Shown here one piece after another: positions 24,410 through 36,368 of a stretch of 64,000 bases of DNA. The notes below the pieces were generated by a model. It worked only from the letters and a program-made list of their open reading frames with translations, had not been told where the DNA came from and did no database searches. The stretch lies in the NCBI GenBank assembly GCA_965205265.1, contig CBDBGH010000003.1:4224001-4288000 (forward strand), read 5' to 3'. Made by a program: the position numbers and the translations under genes. The DNA comes from Alphaproteobacteria bacterium. Its GTDB lineage: Bacteria > Pseudomonadota > Alphaproteobacteria > Bin95. How positions within the stretch are numbered: the stretch's first letter is position 1; every line of letters starts with the position of its first letter.

Positions 24410-25417
24410 ATGAGCACGATGCACGGCATCCAGAGCGACGCGCATACCCGCGAGCCCGACAAGACAATTTCCGTGCGCGAGGTCTTCGGGATCGACACGG
24501 ACATGGTCGCGCCCGCCTTTTCGGAGGCGAACGCCTACGTGCCCGAGATCGATACCGCCTACCATTTCGACGAACAGACCACGCTGGTGATCCTGGCCGG
24601 CTTCGCCCACAACCGCCGCGTGATGATCCAAGGCTATCACGGCACCGGCAAATCGACGCATATCGAGCAGGTCGCGGCCCGGCTCAACTGGCCGTGCATC
24701 CGCATCAATCTCGACAGCCATGTCAGCCGCATCGACCTTGTCGGCCGCGACGCCATCGTGGTGCGCGACGGCAAGCAGGTCACCGAATTCCGCGAGGGCA
24801 TGCTGCCCTGGGCGCTGCAGCACGCCACCGCCATCGTCTTCGACGAATACGATGCCGGCCGCCCGGACGTGATGTTCGTCATCCAGCGCGTGCTGGAGGT
24901 CGAGGGCAAGATGACGCTGCTCGACCAGAACCGAGTCATCCGCCCGCATCCGTCCTTCCGGCTGTTCGCGACCTCGAACACGGTCGGCCTCGGCGACACG
25001 ACCGGCCTCTATCACGGCACCCAGCAGATCAATCAGGGCCAGATGGACCGCTGGAACGTGGTCGCGACCCTGAACTACCTGCCCGAGGACGAGGAGCTCA
25101 AGATCGTCCTCGCCAAGGTGCCGGAGCTCTCCGACAAGAAGGGGCTGGCGCGCGGCAAGCAGATGATCCAGCTTGCCGAGCTCACGCGCCGGGGCTTCAT
25201 GAACGGCGACATTTCCACCGTCATGTCGCCGCGCACCGTCATCACCTGGGCGGAGAACACGCGCATCTTCAACGATCTCGGCTTCGCCTTCCGCGTCACT
25301 TTCCTCAACAAGTGCGACGAGGCGGAGCGGCCGATCGTGGCCGAGTATTTCCAACGCTGCTTCGACAGCGAACTGCCGGAGTCGATCGTGGCATCGGGGA
25401 TCGGCCGCGCGCCATGA
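24410..25417 (+). CDS. cobS: Cobaltochelatase subunit CobS (AAA+)
   Basis: [32 protein letters not shown]. Confidence 0.95.
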   Translation: MSTMHGIQSDAHTREPDKTISVREVFGIDTDMVAPAFSEANAYVPEIDTAYHFDEQTTLVILAGFAHNRRVMIQGYHGTGKSTHIEQVAARLNWPCIRINLDSHVSRIDLVGRDAIVVRDGKQVTEFREGMLPWALQHATAIVFDEYDAGRPDVMFVIQRVLEVEGKMTLLDQNRVIRPHPSFRLFATSNTVGLGDTTGLYHGTQQINQGQMDRWNVVATLNYLPEDEELKIVLAKVPELSDKKGLARGKQMIQLAELTRRGFMNGDISTVMSPRTVITWAENTRIFNDLGFAFRVTFLNKCDEAERPIVAEYFQRCFDSELPESIVASGIGRAP

Positions 25418-27279
25418 GCCTCGCCGGGGACAAGGAGACGCCGCTCGACTCGTTCAAGCGGGTGACGGCCGCCACGATGCGCGCCATGGGCGACATCGAC
25501 GAGCTGGAAGTCTCCTTCGGACCGGACCGGGCGTCGCTGGAGCGCGGCCACGCCAAGCTGCCGATGCCGGGGCGCGACCTGCCGGCGGCCGAAGCCGCCT
25601 TCGTGCGCGGCGAAGCGGATTCCCTTGCGCTCCGCGAGCGCCATCACGACGCTGAGATGCATGCGCGGCTCGCGCGCGGCGGCCCGCAGGCGCGCGCCGT
25701 GTTCGATGCGCTGGAGCAGGCGCGGATCGAGGCCTGGGGCGCGCGCCACATGACCGGCGCGGCGCGCAACCTCTCCGCGGCCGTCGATGAGCGCTGCCGG
25801 CGGCAGGGCTTCACCCGCGCCGCCTCGGCCGACGACGTGCCGCTGGCGGAAGCCGTCGGCCTCTATGCCCGCGAGACGCTCAGCGGACAGGCCTCCTCGG
25901 ACGTGGCGTCCGGGGTTCTCGACCTCTGGCGGGACTGGTTCGACGAGCGCGCCGCAAAGGCGTTCGCCCGCATGGCCGGCCAGATTCACGACCAGGAGGC
26001 GTTTGCGGCGCTCGCCGGGCGCCTGATGGAGGACCTGGAACTGCTCGACGACGCCGCATCGGGCGAGGAAGAGGGTTCCGAGGACGACGCCGACGATGCG
26101 TCCGAGGACGGCGAGGGCGACGGGACCGAGGGCGAGAGCGACGGGACGCTGATGTCCGATGCCTCGGACATGTCCGATGTCGAGGGAGAAGACACCGGGG
26201 AGGCCGGCGCGGAAGACGCCGATGCGGAGATCATGCCGGGCATGGGCGATGAGGAGCCCGGACGGTCCTCGCCGCAGGAACACCCGATGCACGGCCGCAA
26301 CGACCTCAACGGACCGGCCTACGCCCCCTGGACAGGCGAGTTCGACGAGATCGTCCATGCGGAAGAGCTGTGCGATGCGGACGAGCTCGCGCGGCTGCGC
26401 CATCACCTCGACCAGCAGCTTGCGAGCCTGCAGGGGGTCGTCAGCCGGCTCGCCAACCGCCTGCAGCGCCGCCTGATGGCCCAGCAGGTGCGGGCCTGGG
26501 AGTTCGACCTGGAAGAGGGCCTGCTCGACGCCGCCCGCCTCGCGCGCGTCGTGGCCGACCCGATCCGCTCGCTGTCCTACAAGATGGAGAAGCAGACCGA
26601 CTTCCGCGACACGGTGGTTTCGCTGCTGATCGACAATTCGGGCTCCATGCGGGGCCGGCCGATCTCGGTCGCCGCCATGAGCGCCGACATCCTCGCCCGC
26701 ACACTGGAGCGCTGCGGGGTGAAGACCGAGGTTCTGGGATTCACCACCCGCGCCTGGAAGGGCGGGCAGTCGCGCGAGAAATGGCTGGCGGCCGGCAAGC
26801 CCGCCAATCCGGGCCGGCTGAACGACCTGCGCCATATCGTCTACAAGGAGGCCGACTCGCCGCTGCGCCGGGCGCGCAAGAATCTCGGGCTGATGCTCCG
26901 CGAGGGCATATTGAAGGAGAACATCGACGGCGAGGCGCTGCTCTGGGCGCATCACCGCCTGCTCGGCCGGCCCGAGGACCGGCGCATACTGATGGTGATT
27001 TCGGACGGCGCGCCGGTGGACGATTCCACCCTTTCGGTCAATCCCGGCAACTATCTCGAACGCCATCTGCGCGAGGTCATCGAGTGGATCGAGACGCGCT
27101 CGCCGGTGGAGCTGATCGCCATCGGCATCGGCCATGACGTGACCCGCTATTACCGCCATGCGGTCACGATCTTCGACGCCGACCAGCTCGGCGGGGCGAT
27201 GATGGAGCAGCTTGCCGGCCTCTTCGACGAGGAAAGCCGGCGCCGCCAGGCGCGCAGCCCCGCCCGGCCGTCGCGGTGA
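25414..27279 (+). CDS. cobT: Cobaltochelatase subunit CobT (VWA domain)
   Basis: ATG at 25414 overlapping the cobS stop; acidic linker; [29 protein letters not shown]. Confidence 0.95.
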   Translation: MSLAGDKETPLDSFKRVTAATMRAMGDIDELEVSFGPDRASLERGHAKLPMPGRDLPAAEAAFVRGEADSLALRERHHDAEMHARLARGGPQARAVFDALEQARIEAWGARHMTGAARNLSAAVDERCRRQGFTRAASADDVPLAEAVGLYARETLSGQASSDVASGVLDLWRDWFDERAAKAFARMAGQIHDQEAFAALAGRLMEDLELLDDAASGEEEGSEDDADDASEDGEGDGTEGESDGTLMSDASDMSDVEGEDTGEAGAEDADAEIMPGMGDEEPGRSSPQEHPMHGRNDLNGPAYAPWTGEFDEIVHAEELCDADELARLRHHLDQQLASLQGVVSRLANRLQRRLMAQQVRAWEFDLEEGLLDAARLARVVADPIRSLSYKMEKQTDFRDTVVSLLIDNSGSMRGRPISVAAMSADILARTLERCGVKTEVLGFTTRAWKGGQSREKWLAAGKPANPGRLNDLRHIVYKEADSPLRRARKNLGLMLREGILKENIDGEALLWAHHRLLGRPEDRRILMVISDGAPVDDSTLSVNPGNYLERHLREVIEWIETRSPVELIAIGIGHDVTRYYRHAVTIFDADQLGGAMMEQLAGLFDEESRRRQARSPARPSR

Positions 27280-28943
27280 CCGCCCCGCTCAGGCCGCGCG
27301 CGGCGCTGACGACGCATGAAGTCTTCAACATGCCGCCGCACATCGGCGACCGGGACCTTTGGGCCGAGGACGCGGTGCTGCAGGAAGCTGTGCGGCGCGA
27401 GGGGGCGGCCTGGGCGGAGGCGCGCATCGCCGCGTTCGGCCGCCTCATCGGCCGCGCCGAAGTTGCGGAGAAGGCGGAGCAAGCCAACCGCCGCAGCCCG
27501 GAGCTGAAGCCCTTCGACCGTTACGGCATGCGGATCGACCGGGTCGAATACCATCCCGCCTATCACGACCTGATGGCGCTCGCGGTCGAGAACGAGGTCG
27601 CGGGCTTCGCCTGGAACCATGCCGGGCCGGGCGCGCATGTCGGCCATATGGCGCTGATCTACCTGATCAGCCAGGTGGAATGCGGCGTGATGTGCCCGCT
27701 GGCGATGACCTATGCGGCGGTTCCCGCGCTCAGGGCGTCGCCGGCCGTCGCCGAAGCCTGGGTCCCGCGCGCCCTGTCCGGCCGCTATGACGGGCGCGAC
27801 GTGCCGGTGGAGGACAAGCCCGGCGCGACCATCGGTATGTTCATGACCGAGAAGCAGGGCGGCTCCGATGTGCGCTCCAACTCGACCCGCGCCCGGCCGG
27901 CGGAGGGCAGGGCCGACGGTTCCTGGCGGCTCACCGGGCACAAATATTTCTGCTCGGCGCCGATGTCGGACGCCTTCCTGACCCTTGCCCGCACCGATGC
28001 CGGCATTTCCTGCTTCGTGCTGCCCCGCTGGACGCCGGACGGCGAGCGCAACGCCATCTCGATCCAGCATCTGAAGGACAAGCTCGGCAACCGCTCCAAC
28101 GCCTCCGTCGAGATCGAACTGGAGGACGCCTGGGCCGTCATGGTCGGGGAGGACGGGCGCGGCATCCGCACGATCATCGACATGGTGCAGGGCAACCGGC
28201 TCTACTGCGCGGTGAGTTCGGCGGCCCTGATGCGCCAGGGTGTCGTGCAGGCCCTTCACCACACCCGCCACCGCAGCGCCTTCCAGCGCCGGCTCGCCGA
28301 CCAGCCGCTGATGCGCAATGTGCTGGCCGACCTTGCGCTGGAAGCCGAGGCGGCGCTCGCGCTCGGCCTCAGGACCGCCCGCGCCGTGGACGAGGCCGAA
28401 GACGGCGGGCAGGCGCGGGCCTTCGCGCGCATCGGCACGGCGATTGCGAAATACTGGGTCTGCAAGCGCGCGCCGGGCCATGCGTTCGAGGCGCTGGAGT
28501 GCCATGGCGGCCCCGGCTACATTGAGGATGGGCCGATGGCCCGGCTCTACCGGGAAGCGCCGCTCAACAGCATCTGGGAAGGCTCGGGCAACGTCGTCTG
28601 CCTCGACGTGCTGCGCGCCATGGCCCGCGAGGAGGAGGCCGTGCCGGCGTTGCTGGCGGAAATCGACGCCGCGCGCGGCGGCCACAAGGCGCTCGACCGG
28701 GCGGCAGATGCGCTGAGGGACGATCTTTCGAGGCCGGAGGAGTTCGAATCCGGCGCCCGGGCGCTCACCGAGCGGATGGCGCTCGCGCTGCAGGCTTCGC
28801 TGCTCGTCCGCCACGCGCCGCAGGCGGTCGCCGACGCCTTCTGCGCCAGTCGACTGGGAGACCGCTGGACCGGCGCCTACGGAACCCTGCCCCCCGCCGC
28901 CGACACAGAAGCCATCCTCGCCCGCGCCCTGCCCGCTGCGTAG
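27276..28943 (+). CDS. Acyl-CoA dehydrogenase, AidB-like
   Basis: [39 protein letters not shown]. Confidence 0.88.
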   Translation: MTAPLRPRAALTTHEVFNMPPHIGDRDLWAEDAVLQEAVRREGAAWAEARIAAFGRLIGRAEVAEKAEQANRRSPELKPFDRYGMRIDRVEYHPAYHDLMALAVENEVAGFAWNHAGPGAHVGHMALIYLISQVECGVMCPLAMTYAAVPALRASPAVAEAWVPRALSGRYDGRDVPVEDKPGATIGMFMTEKQGGSDVRSNSTRARPAEGRADGSWRLTGHKYFCSAPMSDAFLTLARTDAGISCFVLPRWTPDGERNAISIQHLKDKLGNRSNASVEIELEDAWAVMVGEDGRGIRTIIDMVQGNRLYCAVSSAALMRQGVVQALHHTRHRSAFQRRLADQPLMRNVLADLALEAEAALALGLRTARAVDEAEDGGQARAFARIGTAIAKYWVCKRAPGHAFEALECHGGPGYIEDGPMARLYREAPLNSIWEGSGNVVCLDVLRAMAREEEAVPALLAEIDAARGGHKALDRAADALRDDLSRPEEFESGARALTERMALALQASLLVRHAPQAVADAFCASRLGDRWTGAYGTLPPAADTEAILARALPAA

Positions 28944-28959
28944 CGCGTGAGGCTTGCCC

Positions 28960-29736
28960 TCAACGCCCCTTGAAGACGGGCTCCCGCTTCTCGATGAAGG
29001 CGGCCATGCCTTCCTTCTGGTCCTCGGTGGCGAAGGTCGAGTGGAACATGCGCCGTTCGAACTTCACCCCCTCGGAAAGCGGCATCTCATAGGCGCGGTT
29101 GACGCATTCCTTGGTAATCATCGCGGCCGGGCGGGACTTGGCCGCAATCGACGCCGCGACCTCGACCGCCGCATCGAGCAGCTTGTCGGCGGGCACCACG
29201 CGGCTCACCAGGCCCGCGCGCTCCGCTTCGGCCGCATCCATCATCCGGCCCGTCAGGCACATGTCCATGGTCTTCGACTTGCCGATGAAGCGCGCGAGGC
29301 GCTGCGTGCCGCCGCCGCCCGGCAGCGCGCCCAGATTGATCTCCGGCTGCCCGAACCGCGCCGTGTCGGCGGCGATGATGAAATCGCACATCATCGCCAT
29401 CTCGCAGCCGCCGCCGAGCGCATAGCCCGCCACCGCCGCTATAACAGGCTTGCGGCAGCTCGTCACCCGCTCCCAGCCGACGGTGATGAAGTCTTCCAGA
29501 TAGGCGTCCATATAGGTCTTGGGCTGCATCTCCTTAATGTCGGCCCCGGCGGCGAAGGCCCTCTCGGAGCCCGTCACCACGACGCAGCCGACGGCGGCGT
29601 CCGCCTCGAAGGCGTCGAGCGCGCCGGCCAGCTCCTCGATCAGCTTCGCGCAGAGCGCATTCAGCGCTTCCGGGCGGTTCAGGGTGACGATGCCGACCGC
29701 CCCCCGGGTTTCGACCAGGATGTGTTCGTAGCTCAT
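28960..29736 (-). CDS. Enoyl-CoA hydratase (crotonase family)
   Basis: Start MSYEHILVE; [30 protein letters not shown]. Confidence 0.93.
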   Translation of the reverse strand: MSYEHILVETRGAVGIVTLNRPEALNALCAKLIEELAGALDAFEADAAVGCVVVTGSERAFAAGADIKEMQPKTYMDAYLEDFITVGWERVTSCRKPVIAAVAGYALGGGCEMAMMCDFIIAADTARFGQPEINLGALPGGGGTQRLARFIGKSKTMDMCLTGRMMDAAEAERAGLVSRVVPADKLLDAAVEVAASIAAKSRPAAMITKECVNRAYEMPLSEGVKFERRMFHSTFATEDQKEGMAAFIEKREPVFKGR

Positions 29737-29843
29737 CGGGCGCGCTTCCGCCTCCATTGCCGCGGGATTTCGGGAAGGCGGGACTCTGGCCCCCGGCCCT
29801 GCCGGGGTCAACCGGTCCGGCGGGGCCTGCGCGCCGTCCGGGC

Positions 29844-31205
29844 TCACCGCCCGCCGGCGGGGATGAGGCCGCGGGGGCGGAAGCGCATGACCAGCAGCAG
29901 GATGAGGCCCATGACGATGGGCCTCATGTGCGCCGCGCTTTCCAGCAGGTGCGCGCGCAACGCGCTGCCTTCGGGCAGGCCCGCGGTCAGCCCCTGCATC
30001 AGCCAGAGGCCCGCCGGCTCGGCCTCGATCCACACGAACCAGATGAGGAAGCCGCCCAGCACCGCGCCCAGATTGTTGCCGGAGCCGCCGACCACCACCA
30101 TCACCCAGATGAGGAAGGTGAAGCGCAGCGGCTGGTAGCCCGCCGGGGTGAACTGGCCGTCCAGCGTGGTCAGCATGGCGCCGGCGACGCCGACCACGGC
30201 CGAGCCGAGTATGAACACCTGCCGGTGGCGGCGGGTCACGTCCTTGCCGATGGCGCCGGCGGCGGTCTCATTGTCGCGGATCGCCCGCATCATCCGGCCC
30301 CAGGGGGAATGCAGGGCACGCTCCGAGAGCCAGAACACGACCGCCAGCACGGCGAGGAAGAGCCCCGCATAACAGAGCTTGACGAACAGGCTGGAGGACT
30401 GGACCGCGAACTCCCGTAGCGCGGCTTCATGCGCCTCGCCCGTCAGCACCTCGAGGCTCCGGCTGTGCAGCACCGCCACGAGATCGACGAACCAGGGGTC
30501 CCGCTGCAGGTCCACCTCATAGGGCACCGGGCGGCCGAGCCCCGTCACGTTCTTCACCCCGCGCGTCAGCCAGTCCTCGTTCTTCAGCACGGCGATGACG
30601 ATTTCCGATATGCCGAGCGTGGCGATGGCGAAATAGTCCGAGCGCAGGCCGAGCGCGATCCGCCCGATGACGAAGGCGGCCCCGGCGGCGAGCAGCCCGC
30701 CCGCGAACCAGGAGAGGATGATCGGCAGGCCGAGGCCGCCGAGATAGCCGGTCTTGGCGGGCTCCACCGCCTCGATGGCGTCAACGGCGGGATCGAAGAA
30801 GACCCCCGCGCCGAAGAGGCCGGCGAGGGCGACTGCCGCCAGCGCCAGCGCGCGCGTGCGGCTTCGAGGCAGGTACCGGGCGAGCGCCAGCGCAAGCCCG
30901 CCCGCCGCCATCAGCACGATGAGCGCAACAAAGAGGCCCCCGCCGCCCGCCGCCCAGGCGGCCGGCACGGGCGGACGGGAGACGAGCACGCCCGCAAGCC
31001 CGCCCAGCGCCGCAAAGCCCATGATGCCGATATTGAAGAGGCCCGCATAACCCCACTGGATGTTCACCGCGAGCGACATGATTGCGGAGATGAGGCAGAG
31101 ATTGAGCACCGCTAGCGCCAGCGGCCAGGACTGGCCGAAGCCGACCCCGGCCAGCCCCGCGCCCACAATGGCGAGCGCCGCCGCGTTCCGGATGGCCGGC
31201 GTCAC
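29844..31205 (-). CDS. Branched-chain amino acid-type ABC permease (LivM-like)
   Basis: [37 protein letters not shown]. Confidence 0.9.
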   Translation of the reverse strand: MTPAIRNAAALAIVGAGLAGVGFGQSWPLALAVLNLCLISAIMSLAVNIQWGYAGLFNIGIMGFAALGGLAGVLVSRPPVPAAWAAGGGGLFVALIVLMAAGGLALALARYLPRSRTRALALAAVALAGLFGAGVFFDPAVDAIEAVEPAKTGYLGGLGLPIILSWFAGGLLAAGAAFVIGRIALGLRSDYFAIATLGISEIVIAVLKNEDWLTRGVKNVTGLGRPVPYEVDLQRDPWFVDLVAVLHSRSLEVLTGEAHEAALREFAVQSSSLFVKLCYAGLFLAVLAVVFWLSERALHSPWGRMMRAIRDNETAAGAIGKDVTRRHRQVFILGSAVVGVAGAMLTTLDGQFTPAGYQPLRFTFLIWVMVVVGGSGNNLGAVLGGFLIWFVWIEAEPAGLWLMQGLTAGLPEGSALRAHLLESAAHMRPIVMGLILLLVMRFRPRGLIPAGGR

Positions 31206-32218
31206 AGCACCCGCCCCCGGAAGATGCCCGACGGCCGCAGCAGCAGGACGAGCACCAGGATCATGAAGGAGACGGCGAATTTGTAGTCGGTCGAGAGAAG
31301 CTGGGCGAGGCCGTCCGGCTGCCAGGGCCCGGGCAGCAGGTAGTGCAGGAACTTCTTCCAGGCATAGGTGACGGTGACCTCGGAGAAGGCGACGATTACC
31401 GCGCCGACGACGGCACCGACCGGCTGGCCGATGCCGCCCAGTATCGCGGCGGCGAACATCGGCAGCAGGAGCTGGAAATAGGTGAAGGGCTTGAAGCTCT
31501 TGTCGAGGCCGTAAAGCGCGCCCGCTATGGCGGCGAGCGCGGCCGCGATCGCCCAGGCGATGAGCACGACGCGCTCCGGATTTATGCCGGAGAGCAGCGC
31601 AAGGTCCTCATTGTCGGAATAGGCGCGCATGGACTTGCCCGTGCGGGTGCGCTGCAGGAAGCGGAAAAGCAGGAAGACCGCGACGACGGCAATGACGACC
31701 GTCAGGCATTGCGTCGTCTTGATCGAGAGGCCTTCGGCGAGCCCCGTCGCCCGCTTGAATTCCCGCGCCTTCACGATGAAGCGTTCGCCGTCCGTGAATT
31801 GACGGTCGCCGGGGCCGATGATGAAGCGCACTGCGCCGTTCAGCAGGAACATGACGCCGAGCGAGGCCATGACGAGCACGATGGGGGCGCTGCGCTGCCG
31901 GCGGTAGAAGCGGAACACCAGCCGGTCGGCGGCGAGCGCCGCGGCGATGGCGGCAAGGATGCCGAAGGGCAGCGCCAGCAGCGCCGTCGGCAGGGGCCCG
32001 AGGCCGACGCCCCAGGACTGGAGCAGCCAGGTCGCGAGGATAGTCGCCATGGCGCCGAAGGCCATGAGGTCGCCATGGGCGAGATTGGCGAAGCGCAATA
32101 TGCCGAAGACGAGCGTGATCCCGAGCGCGCCGAGCGCAAGCTGGGCGGCATAGGCGAGCCCCGGCACGACGACATAGTTGCCGAGCAGGACGGCTGCGTT
32201 CACGAGGTCGGCCGGCAC
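31202..32218 (-). CDS. Branched-chain amino acid-type ABC permease (LivH-like)
   Basis: GILRFANLAHG, TRTGKSMRA.SDN..LA..SGI. Confidence 0.9.
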   Translation of the reverse strand: MPADLVNAAVLLGNYVVVPGLAYAAQLALGALGITLVFGILRFANLAHGDLMAFGAMATILATWLLQSWGVGLGPLPTALLALPFGILAAIAAALAADRLVFRFYRRQRSAPIVLVMASLGVMFLLNGAVRFIIGPGDRQFTDGERFIVKAREFKRATGLAEGLSIKTTQCLTVVIAVVAVFLLFRFLQRTRTGKSMRAYSDNEDLALLSGINPERVVLIAWAIAAALAAIAGALYGLDKSFKPFTYFQLLLPMFAAAILGGIGQPVGAVVGAVIVAFSEVTVTYAWKKFLHYLLPGPWQPDGLAQLLSTDYKFAVSFMILVLVLLLRPSGIFRGRVL

Positions 32219-32221
32219 CGC

Positions 32222-32926
32222 TCAGCCTCCGAGGAAGGACCGGCGCACTTCCGGATTGGCAAGCAGCGCGGCACCGGTGTCGGTGAAGCGGTTCTCGCCG
32301 GTGACCAGCACATAGCCCCGGTCGGCGATGGCGAGCGCCTGGCGGGCGTTCTGCTCGGCCATCAATACGGCGATGCCGGCGCTGCGGATTTCCAGCATGC
32401 GCTGGAACAGGTCGTCCATCACGATGGGCGAGACGCCGGCCGTCGGCTCGTCCAGCATCAGCACGGCGGGCTCGGTCATCAGCGCACGGCCGACGGCCAC
32501 CTGCTGGCGCTGGCCGCCGGAGAGTTCGCCTGCCGGACGGTCCCGGTTCTCCCGGACCGCCGGGAAGAGGTCGAAGACCCGTTCCATGGTTTCCCCGATG
32601 CCGTCGCGCCGGAGGAACGCACCCATCTCCAGGTTTTCGCGCACCGTCAGGGTTGCGAACACATTGTCGGTCTGCGGCACGAAGGCCATGCCGCGCCCGA
32701 CCCTGTCCTGGGGCGAGAAGCCGGTGATGTCCTCGCCGCCGAGCCGCACCGCGCCGGAGCGGAGCCGCACCATGCCGAGCAGCGCCTTCATGGCCGTGGA
32801 CTTGCCCGCCCCGTTCGGGCCGACGATGACGGCGATCTCGCCGCGTTCCACGGCGACGGCGCAGCCGCGGATGATGTCGGCCCCGCCATAGCCGCCGGTC
32901 ATGGCGTCGCCTTCGAGGAAGCTCAC
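32222..32926 (-). CDS. ABC transporter ATPase (LivF-like)
   Basis: GPNGAGKST, LSGGQRQ, LDEPT, EQNA. Confidence 0.92.
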   Translation of the reverse strand: MSFLEGDAMTGGYGGADIIRGCAVAVERGEIAVIVGPNGAGKSTAMKALLGMVRLRSGAVRLGGEDITGFSPQDRVGRGMAFVPQTDNVFATLTVRENLEMGAFLRRDGIGETMERVFDLFPAVRENRDRPAGELSGGQRQQVAVGRALMTEPAVLMLDEPTAGVSPIVMDDLFQRMLEIRSAGIAVLMAEQNARQALAIADRGYVLVTGENRFTDTGAALLANPEVRRSFLGG

Positions 32927-33693
32927 GGAGCCTCCGCCGCGCCCCGGCCGAGATAGGCCTCGATCACGGCCTCGTCGGCCATGATCCGGTCGGCGGGGCC
33001 CTCTGTCAGAACGCGACCTTCCACCATCACGATCACCGGGTCGCAGAGCCGCGAGATGAAGTCCATGTCGTGCTCGATCATGCAGAAGGTATAGCCGCGC
33101 TCCAGGTTCAGCCGCAGGATGGACTCGGTAATCCGGCCAAGCAGCGTGCGGTTGACGCCGGCGCCGGCCTCGTCCAGCAGCACGACCCGGGCATCGACCA
33201 TCATCGTACGCCCGAGCTCCAGCAGCTTCTTCTGGCCGCCCGAGAGGTTGCCGGCCAACTCGTCGGCGACCGGGCCGAGGCCGAGGAAGTCGATCACCTC
33301 ATCGGCCTTCTCGCGGTTCGCATGCTCTTCCTCACGGACCGCGCCGGGCTGGAGCCATGCGCCGAGCAGGCTCTCCCCGGTCTGGCGCGCGGGCACAGTC
33401 ATCAGGTTCTCGCGGAGCGTGAGCGTGGAGAACTCGTGCGCGATCTGGAAGGTCCGGAGCAGGCCGCGATGGAACAGGTCGTGCGGCCTGAGGCCGGTGA
33501 TCTCCTCCCCGCCGAGGAAGATGCACCCGGCATCGGGCGCGAGCACGCCTGCGATCAGGTTGAAAAGCGTGGTCTTGCCCGCGCCGTTCGGGCCGATCAG
33601 CCCGGTGATCGAGCCCTCGGCGATCTCGAGGCTCGCGCCGTCCACCGCCGCCACACCGCCGAAGCGCTTCGAGACCCCGGCAACGCGGATCAT
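32923..33693 (-). CDS. ABC transporter ATPase (LivG-like)
   Basis: GPNGAGKTT, RTFQ, LSGGQKK, EHDM, EAYLG. Confidence 0.92.
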   Translation of the reverse strand: MIRVAGVSKRFGGVAAVDGASLEIAEGSITGLIGPNGAGKTTLFNLIAGVLAPDAGCIFLGGEEITGLRPHDLFHRGLLRTFQIAHEFSTLTLRENLMTVPARQTGESLLGAWLQPGAVREEEHANREKADEVIDFLGLGPVADELAGNLSGGQKKLLELGRTMMVDARVVLLDEAGAGVNRTLLGRITESILRLNLERGYTFCMIEHDMDFISRLCDPVIVMVEGRVLTEGPADRIMADEAVIEAYLGRGAAEAP

Positions 33694-33771
33694 CGCAGTT
33701 GCGCCGCTTCGGGACGCCGGGGAAGGGAAGGCCGGGCAGCGGGCATGGGAGCCGCGCCGCCCGTCCCGTCG

Positions 33772-34956
33772 TCAGCGATACCTGACGGTCGCGATCTTGC
33801 CGTCCTCGATGGCGATCTCACGGTAGTTGCCGGCGCTTTCGCCCTGGCCGATCAGCTCGACCGCGGACGCGCCGACATAGTCCACATCGCCGCCGCCGGC
33901 GATGATTTCGAGCGCCTTGGCGAGCTCGCCCGGATGGATTTTCTCGCCGGGCGCGTTGGCGACCGCCATCACATGGTCCTTGAGCTTGCCGCTGTCGGCG
34001 GAGCCGGCGGCCTGCATGGCCAGCATGATGAGGGCTGCGGCGTCATAGGCCTCGCCCGTGAACGGGCCGGCCTTGAAGCCCGCGGCGCCCGCCATGTCGG
34101 CGAAGGTCGCGGCCCCGGTGCTGTCCGTGCCCGGAACCGTCCCGAAGGAGCCGTTCAGGTCCGCGCCGATGGCCTCGACCAGGCTCTCGCCGATCATGCC
34201 GTCCGGCAGCAGGAAGGTCTCGAAGGCGCCGGTGTCGAGCGCGCCCTGGATGATGCCCTTGCCGCCCTGGTCGAGATAGCCGGCGACCACGAGCACATCC
34301 CCGCCCGCGGCGGCGAGCGCGGCGACCTCGGCCGCATAGTCGCCCTTGCCGTCCTCATGCGCGGCCTCGATGGTCACGGTTCCGCCCATCGCCTTGAAAT
34401 TGGTGGCGACGCTGTCGGCGAGGCCCTTGCCGTAGTCGTTGTTGGTGTAGGTGATGGCGACGGTCCCGACGCCGCGCTCCTTCAGCACCTCGGAAATCAC
34501 CTGGCCCTGGCGGGCGTCGGACGGGGCGGTGCGGAAGAACAGGCCGTTGTCCTCCAGCGTCGAGAGCGCCGGCGAGGTGGCCGACGGCGAGATCATCACC
34601 ACGCCGTTCGGCATGGCGACATTCTGCAATATGGCCGTGGTCACACCCGAGCAGTCGCCGCCGACGATGGCGTTCACCCGGTCGGCGGTAATCAGCCGCT
34701 CCGCCGCCGCGCTCGCCGCCGCGGCATCGATGCAGGTGGTGTCGCCGCGCACCGGCGTCACCGAAGCGCCGCCGAGCAGGGCCTTGCTGTCATTGACTTC
34801 CTTGATCGCGAGTTCCGCGCCCGCCGCCATGTCCGGCGCCAGCGATTCGATAGGCCCGGTAAAGCCCACCATCACCCCGATCCTGATTTCGTTGTCCGCG
34901 GCCTGGACCGAAGTGACCGCCATCGCGGCCGCCAGGGCGATGATAATCCTGCGCAT
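33772..34956 (-). CDS. ABC transporter substrate-binding protein (LivJ/K-like)
   Basis: Start MRRIII after AGGGAGGA; signal peptide; ISPSATSP, NNDYG. Confidence 0.9.
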   Translation of the reverse strand: MRRIIIALAAAMAVTSVQAADNEIRIGVMVGFTGPIESLAPDMAAGAELAIKEVNDSKALLGGASVTPVRGDTTCIDAAAASAAAERLITADRVNAIVGGDCSGVTTAILQNVAMPNGVVMISPSATSPALSTLEDNGLFFRTAPSDARQGQVISEVLKERGVGTVAITYTNNDYGKGLADSVATNFKAMGGTVTIEAAHEDGKGDYAAEVAALAAAGGDVLVVAGYLDQGGKGIIQGALDTGAFETFLLPDGMIGESLVEAIGADLNGSFGTVPGTDSTGAATFADMAGAAGFKAGPFTGEAYDAAALIMLAMQAAGSADSGKLKDHVMAVANAPGEKIHPGELAKALEIIAGGGDVDYVGASAVELIGQGESAGNYREIAIEDGKIATVRYR

Positions 34957-35100
34957 AGCGTCCTCCCTTGAAAAACCGGGCGGCGCCGGACTCCGCGCAC
35001 CGGCGGGAACGGACCGCCCGAACACCTGTTTCCAGTGTAGGTTATCGGGTTGCGCCCGGCAATTGAGGAGGCGAGTTGTCCGCATGGCTCGAACGCGACC

Positions 35101-35646
35101 GTGATCCGCATTGTCGGCGGGCGCTGGCGGGGGCGCCGCCTTGCCGTGCCGGCGGACCGCTCCGTGCGCCCGACCGCCGAACGGGTGCGCGAGGCGGCGT
35201 TCAACCGCCTCCTCCATGCCGGGCTCGGGCCCCCGCTCGAGGGCGCGGCCTTCCTCGATGTCTTCGCCGGCACGGGCGCGGTCGGGCTGGAAGCGCTCTC
35301 GCGCGGTGCGGCGCGGGCGTCCTTCATCGAGAGCGACCCGGCGGCGCTCGCCCTGCTCCGCGGCAATGTCGGCGAAGAGGGAACAATCCATGTCCGCGAC
35401 GCCGCCTCGCCGGGGCCCGCGCCCGCGGCCCATGACATCGCCTGGCTGGACCCGCCCTGGGGCTCGGGGCTGGCCGCGCCGGCGCTCGCCGCGCTCGGGC
35501 GCGAGGGCTGGTTCCGGTCGGGCGCGCTGGCCATCGTCGAGAGCGCGCATGACGACGCCCCGGACCTGCCCGGCCTCATCGACCGCCGCCGCTACGGCCG
35601 CACCGCGCTCGCCTTCTTGCGCGTTCCGCCGGCCGAAGCCGGCTAG
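35101..35646 (+). CDS. rsmD: 16S rRNA m2G966 methyltransferase RsmD
   Basis: IRIVGG.WRGR.L, RPT.ERVREA.FN, DVFAGTGA.GLEALSRGA, DPPW, RYG. Confidence 0.88.
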   Translation: MIRIVGGRWRGRRLAVPADRSVRPTAERVREAAFNRLLHAGLGPPLEGAAFLDVFAGTGAVGLEALSRGAARASFIESDPAALALLRGNVGEEGTIHVRDAASPGPAPAAHDIAWLDPPWGSGLAAPALAALGREGWFRSGALAIVESAHDDAPDLPGLIDRRRYGRTALAFLRVPPAEAG

Positions 35647-35948
35647 CCGGTGGTCGCTTTGAGAGTCGGTATCCCGGAAACGTCCACGCTCCGCTCCGCA
35701 AGCGCCAGGTCGTATATGCGTTGCAGATTGATCCAGAAGCCGGCGCCGTTGCCGAACAACTTGCCGAAACGAACCGCCATTTCGGCGGTTACCGGCTGCT
35801 TCTCGTTGAGGATGTCGTAGAGGGTCTGACGGGAAATCCCCAACGCCGCCGCAACGGCCGTCTTGCTCATGGAAAGCGCGGGCAGGATGTCTTCGCGCAG
35901 GATTTCTCCGGGATGGACCGGTTCTATGGAAGAGTGCCTCTCCATCAT
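35643..35948 (-). CDS. higA: HigA family antitoxin (XRE HTH)
   Basis: PVHPGEILREDIL, AEMAVR, FWINLQ..YDL. Confidence 0.9.
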   Translation of the reverse strand: MMERHSSIEPVHPGEILREDILPALSMSKTAVAAALGISRQTLYDILNEKQPVTAEMAVRFGKLFGNGAGFWINLQRIYDLALAERSVDVSGIPTLKATTG

Positions 35949-36226
35949 CGATGATAGTCCTCTATGTCCACATCCGTCGCGCCGTCGTCGTCCCAACCGA
36001 AGGTGACCCGGAAGTTGGCTGTAAGACGAACGGAGTATCGGCCTGCGCGGTCGCCTTTCAGGGAATGGAAGTAGGAACCCGGATAGTTCATTTGCTCGGG
36101 CCTCTCGGCTGCCTCCAACGCAAAGAGGATTCGACGCAGTTTCCGCCTCCACTCCGCATTCAACCCCCTCGTTTCGCCCTTGGTCCAGTAGTTCCGCAGC
36201 GCCTTGTGCCGGATGTTTCCGATCAT
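35945..36226 (-). CDS. higB: HigB (RelE/ParE family) toxin
   Basis: MIGNIRHKAL...HSLKGDRAGRYSVRLTANFRVTF...DYH; toxin-first order, overlapping higA. TTGACA ~25-30 nt upstream of the ATG and no SD, so possibly leaderless. Confidence 0.9.
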   Translation of the reverse strand: MIGNIRHKALRNYWTKGETRGLNAEWRRKLRRILFALEAAERPEQMNYPGSYFHSLKGDRAGRYSVRLTANFRVTFGWDDDGATDVDIEDYHR

Positions 36227-36368
36227 CGAGGCAGGCTGTATGCGCGCGGCTCGTTTGTCAAGAATCGGCTTACAATCCCGGGCGGCCGGCCCGCGACCTC
36301 GCCCGCCTGCTTGCGCTTTTCGGCCCTTCCGCCTAACAGGGAGGGGCGAGACTGAGGGGGTGGGGTTC

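Noticed and set aside
24410-27279. cobS-cobT without cobN as a novel system
   Set aside because: The bolA-DnaJ-cobS-cobT arrangement separate from cobN is a common alphaproteobacterial locus.
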